Positions 1-8,004 of a stretch of 64,000 nucleotides of DNA are shown piece after piece; positions within the stretch are counted from its first letter, which is position 1; every line of letters starts with the position of its first letter. Origin of the DNA: a bacterium (GTDB lineage: Bacteria; Joyebacterota; Joyebacteria; Joyebacterales; Joyebacteraceae). The notes below the pieces were generated by a model. The model saw nothing but the letters and a program-made list of their open reading frames with translations, did no database searches and was not told where the DNA came from. The stretch covers positions 32,845-96,844 of the forward strand of contig JAPEKQ010000002.1 of NCBI GenBank assembly GCA_029990205.1, in the 5' to 3' direction. The translations under genes were made by a program, and so were the position numbers.

Positions 1-2
1 TC

Positions 3-1526
3 CGACGCGCTGAAGTCGCGGACGTGCAGCTCGTAGAGCACGATGTCCGTCGGAGCCTCCAGCGCCGGCTTCTCGACGGCGTCCCATCCCTCCGGCATCG
101 TCGCCGGGTCGTCCATGTTCACGATCAGCGTGCGCGCGCTGTTCATCGAGAGGCCGCGCGAGTACGGATCGGTGACCATGTTGTTCTCGAAGGAGCCGGT
201 CTGATGCATGTAGACGTCGACCTCGTACAGGTAGTACATGCCGTCCCACTCGGGCCGGCCGCCCGATGTCCAGACGCCGTTCTCGTCGGTCATCGCGAGC
301 ACGTGAGTCGGCTCGGGCGCGTCGCAGCTCTCGTAGATGTAGAGCCGGACGACCCGCGCGGTCGGCGCCCAGACGCGGAACGTCGGCGCGCCGTCCTCCC
401 ACGTCAGTCCGAGCGGACCGTCGTAGGCGAAGACGTCATCGAGCACGCCGGGGATCTGGACACCGGTCGCGTCGACGAGCTTGCCCTCGGCATCCAGGGC
501 CGACACCGCCAGCTGCCCGCGGAGCAGCTCTGTGGTCCACGCGAGGGCCGAATCCGGAAGCGTGAGACCGGGGAGCCCCCTGAGGTGCGGGAAGCTCGCG
601 CTGATCTCGGGTGAGAGCCCGCCGTCGGCGGGCATCAGCTCGAACGTCTCTCCGCCGGTCACTCCGCCGGCGGTCAGTTCGAGGTTCGCATCGGGGGACG
701 AATGGAGGAAGTACCTTACCTCGCCCTTGTGCTTGCGCCACGCGATCGTCGTCGCGTCGACCCAGTGGGCCTGGAGCCTCGTGAGGTCGCCAAGCGCGAG
801 CGCGGCCACATCGGGCTCCTCACTGAAGATGCTCTGCCGTCCGGACACGATCCAGACCTCCCGCCCGTGCTCCCCGATGTTCAGGTACATATCGGGGCCG
901 GGGTCCTTGCTGTCACCACGGTGAATGATGAACCCGACCTTCACGGGCTCGGCAGTGAGCTTGATGTCCCAGTACGCGCCGAAGTCGTCCTCGCCCGCGG
1001 GCTCGAGAGGGCTCGTCCACTCGACGGACTCCTCGGTGTCCTCCCAGACGTGAAGCCCCCACCCGGCGTACCCGCCGCGGGGACGGTGGTAGCGAATGCG
1101 CGCGTAGCCGTCATCGAGCGAAGGAGCCGGATCGAGAGCCGGCTTCGCCTTGGCCGCGGCTCCACCGACGGTGCGGACCGCGTTCTGCCCGCCGTACCCG
1201 TCGTCGACGTAGCTGTCGGCGTCGGCATCCAGCGGACCGCCGCCCAGGTCGGTCTCCATGTTGCCGGGCCAGTCACCGTTGACGAAGTACTTGTACTGGT
1301 GCTCGCCGGTATCGAGATCGATGACGACCGACCAGACGCCGTCCTTCTCCGTCATCGGTGTCTCGTCCCAGCCGTTGAACGAGCCGCGAACGGAGACGCT
1401 TGTCACGCCGGCGTCCCCGGGCTCGTATGTGAACGTAATCTCTTCGGCGTGACCGGCGGTCGCGAGCATCGCGACGGCGCAGATGGCCAGCGTGGATATC
1501 AGCATCCGGTGCTTCATCTGCATCAT
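3..1526 (-). CDS. Secreted pullulanase-type alpha-1,6-glucosidase (GH13), N-terminal part; runs off the window edge
   Basis: Not in the ORF track (no stop inside the window). Manual translation gives a signal peptide MKHRMLISTLAICAVAMLATAGHA, a CBM48-like domain (VSVRGSFNGW..YKYFVNG), a CBM41/PUD-like domain (YHRPRGGYAGWGLHVW..DDFGAYW), then FRVWAPTA, VTDPYS and YELHVRDFS. Start may be ATG 1526, 1523 or 1517. Confidence 0.9.
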   Translation of the reverse strand, partial: MMQMKHRMLISTLAICAVAMLATAGHAEEITFTYEPGDAGVTSVSVRGSFNGWDETPMTEKDGVWSVVIDLDTGEHQYKYFVNGDWPGNMETDLGGGPLDADADSYVDDGYGGQNAVRTVGGAAAKAKPALDPAPSLDDGYARIRYHRPRGGYAGWGLHVWEDTEESVEWTSPLEPAGEDDFGAYWDIKLTAEPVKVGFIIHRGDSKDPGPDMYLNIGEHGREVWIVSGRQSIFSEEPDVAALALGDLTRLQAHWVDATTIAWRKHKGEVRYFLHSSPDANLELTAGGVTGGETFELMPADGGLSPEISASFPHLRGLPGLTLPDSALAWTTELLRGQLAVSALDAEGKLVDATGVQIPGVLDDVFAYDGPLGLTWEDGAPTFRVWAPTARVVRLYIYESCDAPEPTHVLAMTDENGVWTSGGRPEWDGMYYLYEVDVYMHQTGSFENNMVTDPYSRGLSMNSARTLIVNMDDPATMPEGWDAVEKPALEAPTDIVLYELHVRDFSAS

Positions 1527-1638
1527 CTCCCCTCAGAGAGGCCCGCGCCGACGCGTCGGCGTCCGGCCTCATGTGCGTCGCCGGACTCCCCCCGGCGCGT
1601 TGGATCGGTTCTTCGAGTGCGAAGAGTATAGCATGAAC

Positions 1639-1670
1639 AAAGAGGCCTCGCCGGGTGGCGAAGCCTCTTC
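1639..1670 (-). terminator. Intrinsic terminator after rubrerythrin
   Basis: Minus strand reads GAAGAGGCTTCGCC-ACCC-GGCGAGGCCTCTTT followed by GTT. An extended -10 (TGcTATACT, 1625-1633) for the pullulanase lies just beyond it. Confidence 0.7.
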
Positions 1671-1725
1671 GTGTGAGCAGTCCCTCACGGGACGTTGATA
1701 GCCCTCTCGAGGCTCTCTCTCGGAA

Positions 1726-2223
1726 CTAGTCGATCTTCGAGAACATCTCGCCCTTCGCGCCGCAGATCGGGCAGGTTCCCGGCGCCTCGCGCTCGGCCGT
1801 GAAGCCGCAGACGGGGCACACGTAGTAGGCGAAGTCATCCTGCGCGGAGCCCAGGTTGTCCAGCAGGCCCTGGTAGAGCGAGGCGTGGATCTTCTCGACC
1901 TCATTGGCGAACGAGAAGGAGCGCTCGGCCTGAGTGTTGCCCTCGGCCTTTGCCGCCTCGATCATCTCCGGGTACATGTTCTTGAACTCGTGCGTCTCAC
2001 CCGCAACGGCTTCCTTCAGGTTCTCGGCCGTGTCGTGGATGCCGCCCGCCGCCCTGAGGTGGCTGTGGGCGTGAACCGTCTCCGCCGCCGCCGCGGCCCG
2101 GAACAGTCGCGCGACCTGCGCGAAGCCCTCGTCGTCCGCCTTCTTCGCGAATGCGAGGTAGCGACGGTTGGCCTGCGACTCACCGGCGAACGCGTCCATC
2201 AGGAAATCAACCGACTTGCTCAT
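1726..2223 (-). CDS. rbr: Rubrerythrin
   Basis: AFAGESQANRRY and ETVHA..E..E..EKIH di-iron helices; C-terminal CPVCG..CPICG rubredoxin-like domain; AGGAGG RBS before ATG 2223. Confidence 0.93.
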   Translation of the reverse strand: MSKSVDFLMDAFAGESQANRRYLAFAKKADDEGFAQVARLFRAAAAAETVHAHSHLRAAGGIHDTAENLKEAVAGETHEFKNMYPEMIEAAKAEGNTQAERSFSFANEVEKIHASLYQGLLDNLGSAQDDFAYYVCPVCGFTAEREAPGTCPICGAKGEMFSKID

Positions 2224-2484
2224 TGTGTCCTCCTGCACTTGGGGAACGCTGCGTCTTCCATCTCGAATGAGGTGCCCTCAACTCCGGGACCAGTACTATC
2301 GCATGACGCCATCGTGCGGTCAACGTGTGACCCGGTGGCGACAGTCGGTATTCTGATTCACTGACGGCCCTGCGGTTTCGCGGCGGCGGCAGTTCTTGCC
2401 GGGCGGCGCGGGCGGTGATACCGTGGAACCGCCCCCGGAGGACGATGGGGCGTTCACACCGAACCCACCCCGAAGGAGACACGT

Positions 2485-4008
2485 ATGAGACGCATCCCGC
2501 TCGCCGCCGCGCTTGCGCTGTTCGGCCTCGTGATCGTATCGCCGCCGCGGTCGGCCGCCGGCTCGCTGGCTCCATCCGATCCGCCGCCGACCGTCACCGG
2601 GGCGGCGGCATCGGCCGTGGCGTGGCCGCGGACCGCGGTCGTGATCGACGGACGTTTCGAGGACTGGCAGGCAATCGAGCCGGTGTGGAACGACAACGCC
2701 GGCGACGGGAAGGGCGGGGGGCGCGGCATCGACCTGGGACGGCTCTGGGCGGCCAGCGACGCGGAGCGCGTGTTCCTCTGCTTCGAGACGGGACTCGAGA
2801 TGGGGCTCCAGGGCGGGAACGATGTCGCGCTTCTCATCGACGGCGATGACAGTATCTCCACGGGCATCGACAGACTCGGAATGGGCGTCGATCTCATCTG
2901 GCGCTTCGGGCAGCGCGAAGGCGCCGTCTACTCCAGTTCCGGCGCCAGGCGGCGCATCGAGCAGTCCGACGTCGGTCTGAGGCAGGGTCCGACCGTGACG
3001 TCGCCGGTGTTCGAGATCTCGCTCCTCCGCTCGGCGCTCCCGCCGGGCGATGCCATCCGCGTCTGCATCACCACGGGATCACAGGCGGGCAGCGATCGCC
3101 TCCCCGACACCGAGGGCGGAGTCCGTATCGCGCTCTCGGACGCCGCACCCGTGATCGCGCACACGCGCTCGCTCGACCGCGAGCACCCAGACGATCTCCG
3201 CGTCTTGACCTACAACGTGCTCTTCGATGGTCTGTTCAAGCGGCCGGCGCCGTTCATTCGCCTCCTGCGCGCGATCGATCCGGACGTCGTCTGCTTCCAG
3301 GAGATCTGGTCGCACTCCGCGCAGCAGGCCGTCGACCAGGTCAACCTCGCGCTCCCCGGCGGGGCCCCTTGGTACGGAGGAAGCACCGAGGACGGACTCA
3401 TCGTCAGCCGCTACCCGATCATCGACAACCAGTCGGTGGACGACGCGGGGAACCACTGGGCGCTGATCGACCTTCCCGAGGATGTCTACGGCGCGGACCT
3501 CTCGCTGATAAGCGCGCATCCGCCGTGCTGCGACAACGAACAGGGGCGTCAGGAGGAGCTCGACGGCATCGCGGCGTGGATGCGCGAACTCAAGCGCGGA
3601 GGCGACTCGGGCATCGCGACGGGCACCTTCATCGTGATCGCCGGTGACATGAACCTCGTGGGCTCGTCGGAGCAGGTCGAGACGCTCGTTGCGGGAGTCA
3701 TCGGTGACGAGGAACGGTTCGGACGAACGGTCTCGCCCGACTGGGACGGCACGGCGCTGACCGACGCGTCCCCGCTCCACATCGGCGGGCGTGAAGGATA
3801 TACGTGGCGAGACGACACGAGCCGGTTCGCGCCGGGGAAGCTCGACTACATCGTGTACTCCGACAGCGTGATGGAGATGACGGGCGGGTTCGTCCTCAGG
3901 ACGGAGGACCTGCCACGCGAGATGCTCGTGCGGTACGGACTCCGGGCGTCGGACACCGGAGAGGCGTCCGACCATCTTCCCGTAGTCGCCGACTTCACAC
4001 GTCGCTAG
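2485..4008 (+). CDS. Secreted endonuclease/exonuclease/phosphatase (EEP) family protein with extra N-terminal domain
   Basis: Signal peptide; LRVLTYNV, DVVCFQE, AGDMN, LDYI, SDHLPV motifs; AAGGAG RBS. Confidence 0.88.
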   Translation: MRRIPLAAALALFGLVIVSPPRSAAGSLAPSDPPPTVTGAAASAVAWPRTAVVIDGRFEDWQAIEPVWNDNAGDGKGGGRGIDLGRLWAASDAERVFLCFETGLEMGLQGGNDVALLIDGDDSISTGIDRLGMGVDLIWRFGQREGAVYSSSGARRRIEQSDVGLRQGPTVTSPVFEISLLRSALPPGDAIRVCITTGSQAGSDRLPDTEGGVRIALSDAAPVIAHTRSLDREHPDDLRVLTYNVLFDGLFKRPAPFIRLLRAIDPDVVCFQEIWSHSAQQAVDQVNLALPGGAPWYGGSTEDGLIVSRYPIIDNQSVDDAGNHWALIDLPEDVYGADLSLISAHPPCCDNEQGRQEELDGIAAWMRELKRGGDSGIATGTFIVIAGDMNLVGSSEQVETLVAGVIGDEERFGRTVSPDWDGTALTDASPLHIGGREGYTWRDDTSRFAPGKLDYIVYSDSVMEMTGGFVLRTEDLPREMLVRYGLRASDTGEASDHLPVVADFTRR

Positions 4009-4013
4009 CGGGC

Positions 4014-4721
4014 TCAGTCGCCTCGCTGAGCGAGGCGCATCAGCATCATCCGGATGACGAGAGTCTGGTCCTCGGCGGGAATGTCGATGACCGCGTCCGC
4101 GAGCGCCCTGAGCGTCGCCGCGTCCGGAACACCGCTCGGCTCGAGTTCGTTCTCCTCCTGGAAGCTCACCAGGGCAAGCACCGCCTCCGCGTCCCACTCC
4201 CCCATCCCGTAGTTCACGTCCAGCCCGAGCGCCGACATCACCGACTTGATGAAGACACGCTCCTCGTACTCCAGCTCCAGCGGGAGCGACGGCGCATCCG
4301 CGATCACGATCTGCGCCGGGTCCTCGACGACGATCTGCGGCTTCCCCTTGTACTCGACGATGGTCCCGGTCACGCAGATGCGGCGGCCGTCGAAGAGCGC
4401 CTCTGGCTCATCCTCGAAGAGCCCCCTCGTCGAACCCCAGATGACGACCGTGAACAGCTGGTCGGGGTACGGACGGCCGAGATTCAGGAAGGTCGGCGTG
4501 CCGCCGGTGCGGCCGAGATACGCAGCGCTGGCGACGGTCCCGCAGACGGTGGCGTCCGCACCCACATGCGCCGCCGCGTCCTCCACCTCGATGACGAGGT
4601 CCCCTGCGACAGCCGTGCACGGCGCGACCGCGCCGACGAAGGTCAGCGAGAGAATCGCCACGACGACGGTCATCACTGAGGCCGCCGAGCCGTTGGCCGG
4701 GTGTGTTCTGTTCCGCTTCAT
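4014..4721 (-). CDS. Exported OB-fold protein with C-terminal peptidoglycan-binding-like domain
   Basis: Hydrophobic N-terminus; VCGTV..TFLNLGRPYPDQLFTVVIWG..VTGTIVEYKGKPQI; C-terminal ALVSFQEENELEPSGVPDAATL (PG_binding_1-like); ATGA overlap with gatB. Confidence 0.72.
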   Translation of the reverse strand: MKRNRTHPANGSAASVMTVVVAILSLTFVGAVAPCTAVAGDLVIEVEDAAAHVGADATVCGTVASAAYLGRTGGTPTFLNLGRPYPDQLFTVVIWGSTRGLFEDEPEALFDGRRICVTGTIVEYKGKPQIVVEDPAQIVIADAPSLPLELEYEERVFIKSVMSALGLDVNYGMGEWDAEAVLALVSFQEENELEPSGVPDAATLRALADAVIDIPAEDQTLVIRMMLMRLAQRGD

Positions 4722-6187
4722 GAATCCTCCCTCTTGGCTGCTGCTTCGATGAGTTCACCCACGATCCGTGGATCCGCCCTGCCGCCGGTCTCCGCCATGA
4801 CCTGACCAACAAGGAATCGTACGAGTTTGCGTTCGCCACGCCGGAGTCGCGCGAGTTCGCCCGGGTTGGCTTCGAGCACGGACGCGACGATCGTCGCGAG
4901 TTCGGCCTCGTCCGAGAGCTGCGCCAGATCGAGACGCCGGACGAGATCGGCAAGCGGTTCATCGGAATCGATCGCGTGACCGAGCAGCGTCTTCGCGGCC
5001 GTCTCCGTCAGTCCCCCGCTCGCGCGCAGGGCGACAAGTTCCGCCAGTCTCGCCGCGGGAAGCCGCGAGCCGAGCAGATCGTCCATCGACAGCCCGCGTT
5101 CGTGCGCCAGACCGCGGAGCGGCCCGACGAACCACTTCGCGCACGCGGGGCCGGCCGCTTCGGCATCACCGAGATCGAAAGAGCCGATGGCGCGCACCAT
5201 CTCCCCGAAGTACTCGACCTCGTACCGTTCGTCGGCGATGACGGACGAGATGTCCTCCGACAGACCGTAGCGGTCGCGGAGCCGTGCGCGAGCGGCTCCC
5301 GGAAGTTCGGGCACGTTCGCTCGAAGCTCCTCGACCTTCTCTGCGGGGATGATGACATCGGGAAGGTCCGGCTCGCGGAAGTACCGGTAGTCGGACGCCT
5401 CCTCCTTCGAACGCATCGGCGAGGCGACGCCCGCGCGTTCGTCCCACAACAGAGTCTGGTGCGTGACGCGCCCCCCTCCGTCGAGCACCGAGTTCTGTCG
5501 CTCGACTTCGCGCTCGAGCGCGCGGCGGATCGATCGGAACGAATTGAGATTCTTGATCTCGCACGGCGTCCCGGGCGCGCGATCCTCCCCGGCGAGCGAC
5601 ACGTTCGTGTCGAAGCGCAGACTACCCTCGTGCATCCTCCCGCTCGTGACGCCGCAGTAGACCAGGACACGCCGGATCTCCTCGGCGAACGCAACCGCGT
5701 CGTCAACGCTCGTGAGATCGGGCTGCGTGACGATCTCGAGCAGCGGCACCCCGCAGCGGTTCATGTCGACGAGGCTCGGCCGACCGGGACGATGCGCCGT
5801 CTTCCCCGCGTCCTCCTCGATGTGAAGCTGTCTGAATCCGACGCGGAACGTTCGTCCTCCCGTTTCGACGGCAAGACCTCCCCCGGTCGCGAGCGGCCGG
5901 GTGTCCTGCGTGATCTGATAGCCCTTGGGAAGGTCAGGATAGAAGTAGCTCTTCCGGGCGAACGACGACCGGCCCGCGACCGTCGCGTCGACAGCGAGCG
6001 CCGCTACGATGCCGAGCTCGACGACGCGTTCGTTGAGCACCGGAAGGGCACCAGGCAGCCCGAGGCAGACGGGACAGACCCGCGAGTTCGGCTCGCCTCC
6101 GACGCCGTTCGCGCACGCGCAGAAGATCTTCGAGCGCGTCGCCAGCTGCGCGTGGACTTCGAACCCTATAACCGGGGTGCGCGTCAT
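4718..6187 (-). CDS. gatB: Asp/Glu-tRNA amidotransferase subunit B
   Basis: VIGFEVHAQL, CPVCLGLPGALP, YFYPDLPKGYQITQ, HIEEDAGK, EIKNLNS, DYRYFREPDL; start placed at the ATGA overlap with gatA. Confidence 0.96.
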   Translation of the reverse strand: MTRTPVIGFEVHAQLATRSKIFCACANGVGGEPNSRVCPVCLGLPGALPVLNERVVELGIVAALAVDATVAGRSSFARKSYFYPDLPKGYQITQDTRPLATGGGLAVETGGRTFRVGFRQLHIEEDAGKTAHRPGRPSLVDMNRCGVPLLEIVTQPDLTSVDDAVAFAEEIRRVLVYCGVTSGRMHEGSLRFDTNVSLAGEDRAPGTPCEIKNLNSFRSIRRALEREVERQNSVLDGGGRVTHQTLLWDERAGVASPMRSKEEASDYRYFREPDLPDVIIPAEKVEELRANVPELPGAARARLRDRYGLSEDISSVIADERYEVEYFGEMVRAIGSFDLGDAEAAGPACAKWFVGPLRGLAHERGLSMDDLLGSRLPAARLAELVALRASGGLTETAAKTLLGHAIDSDEPLADLVRRLDLAQLSDEAELATIVASVLEANPGELARLRRGERKLVRFLVGQVMAETGGRADPRIVGELIEAAAKREDS

Positions 6188-7653
6188 GCGGCACCTCTCA
6201 CGGGCGGCGCGAGGGGCCCCCCGCACGAACGTTCGATCTCGCCCGCGACGGCGAACATGACCGGCTCGCACGAGCGGTTGACGATCACCTGCGTTCCGAC
6301 CGGCAGACCGCCGGGCGTCGTCCCGCAGGGGACCGATACCGCGGCGGCCCCCGCCAGGTTCGCCGGGACCGTGAAGATGTCGGAGAGATACATGGCGAGT
6401 GGGTCGCACACGCGTTCGCCAAGCCCGAACGCGGCGGTCGGCGCCACGGGACCGACGATGGCGTCCACGTCGTCGAACGCGCCGAGAAGCTCCTCGGTGA
6501 TGCGGCGGCGGGCCTCCTGCGCGCTCGCGTAGTAGCGGTCGCGATAGCCTGCCGAGAGCGCGTAGGTCCCCAACATGATGCGCCGCTTGACCTCGAGTCC
6601 GAAGCCCTCGCCGCGACTCCGTTCGAAGACGCCGTCGAGGTCGTCTGCCTCCGCCCGGTACCCGAACCCCACGCCGTCGTACCTCGCGAGGTTCGCCGAC
6701 GCCTCGGCATCGGCGATCAGGTAGTAGGCGGCGACGGAGTGCTCGAGCGACGGAAGTGTCAGTCTCTCCACGCTCGCCCCGGCGCTCTCGAGCGCGGATA
6801 CCGCCTGCTCGACGCGCTCGCGGACGTCACTCTCGACGTCGGGGCCGAGAAACCCCTCCGGAACGCCCAGCCGGAGACCCGAGACGCCGGCGGTGACCGC
6901 CGTCACGCAGTCCGGTACCGGGACTCGGAGACTGGTCGCGTCCGCCGGGTCGCCCCCGGCGATGGCCTCGAGCAGCACCGCCGCGCCCTCGACATCACGC
7001 GCCATCGGCCCGATCTGGTCGAATGAGGAGGCGAAGGCCACGAGACCGTACCTCGAGACTCGGCCGTAGGTCGGCTTGACGCCGACGACGCCGCAGAATC
7101 CCGCGGGCTGCCGCACGGAACCACCCGTGTCCGAACCGAGCGCCAGCACCGCCTCTCCCGCGGCGACGGCCGCGGCCGACCCGCCGCTCGAGCCGCCGGG
7201 CACCCGGGCGGCGTCCCACGGGTTCCTCACGGGTCCGCTGGCTGAGTGTTCGTTGGACGACCCCATCGCGAACTCGTCCATGTTCGTCTTCCCGATGACG
7301 ATGCCGCCGGCCGCCTCGAGACGCGTCACAGCGGTCGCGTCGCACGGCGGCTGGTAGCCGTCGAGCATCCGGGAGCCGCACGTGGTACCCAGCCCTCGCG
7401 TGGAGATGTTGTCCTTGACCGCCGTCGGGATGCCCGCGAGCGGGCCCAGCGTCTCACCGCGTGCCCGTGCATCATCGAACTCGCGCGCTCGTGCGAGCAC
7501 ACGCTCCGGCTCCGCGGTGCGTATGAATGTGTTGAGGGTGTCGGCGTTCGAACGGATGGTGTCGAGCGCGGCGTTCACGAGGTCGCGGCTCGACAGCTCC
7601 CGGCTCTCGAGACCGCTGACGATCTCCCTGAAGGTATGGTCGGTGAGTCTCAC
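6184..7653 (-). CDS. gatA: Asp/Glu-tRNA amidotransferase subunit A
   Basis: Amidase signature GKTNMDEFAMGSS, GGSSGGSAAAV, GSDTGGSVRQPA, EVKRRIMLG. Confidence 0.96.
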   Translation of the reverse strand: MRLTDHTFREIVSGLESRELSSRDLVNAALDTIRSNADTLNTFIRTAEPERVLARAREFDDARARGETLGPLAGIPTAVKDNISTRGLGTTCGSRMLDGYQPPCDATAVTRLEAAGGIVIGKTNMDEFAMGSSNEHSASGPVRNPWDAARVPGGSSGGSAAAVAAGEAVLALGSDTGGSVRQPAGFCGVVGVKPTYGRVSRYGLVAFASSFDQIGPMARDVEGAAVLLEAIAGGDPADATSLRVPVPDCVTAVTAGVSGLRLGVPEGFLGPDVESDVRERVEQAVSALESAGASVERLTLPSLEHSVAAYYLIADAEASANLARYDGVGFGYRAEADDLDGVFERSRGEGFGLEVKRRIMLGTYALSAGYRDRYYASAQEARRRITEELLGAFDDVDAIVGPVAPTAAFGLGERVCDPLAMYLSDIFTVPANLAGAAAVSVPCGTTPGGLPVGTQVIVNRSCEPVMFAVAGEIERSCGGPLAPPVRGAA

Positions 7654-7994
7654 GATTCGTCCGGGAGGAAGCCCGGGACCGCGAACTGCCCGTCCTCGGA
7701 TTCCGGAGCGTTCCGGAGTGCCTCGTCCATAGTCAGCATGGCGCCGACCGTGTCCGGTCGGATGACGCTGTCGCGTCGGGGCTCGGCGGTCCTGACGGAC
7801 CGCTGGTGTGAGGCGCCGGCCTCCGTGGACGCAGATTCCGCATTCGCGATCTCAGCGGTTGCGAACTCCGCGATGCTCTCGAAGTGGTCGAGAACCGCGC
7901 TCAGGTCCTTCGCGAGCGTCTCGAGTTCCTCGCCCTCAAGCGCCAGCCGCGCGAGCCGTGCCGCGCGCCGCGCTTCGTCGATGCTGACCGCCAT
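7650..7994 (-). CDS. gatC: Asp/Glu-tRNA amidotransferase subunit C
   Basis: ARLARLAL..ALRNAPESEDGQFAVP; directly upstream of gatA with GTGA overlap. Confidence 0.88.
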   Translation of the reverse strand: MAVSIDEARRAARLARLALEGEELETLAKDLSAVLDHFESIAEFATAEIANAESASTEAGASHQRSVRTAEPRRDSVIRPDTVGAMLTMDEALRNAPESEDGQFAVPGFLPDES

Positions 7995-8004
7995 ATCCAC
8001 GCTC

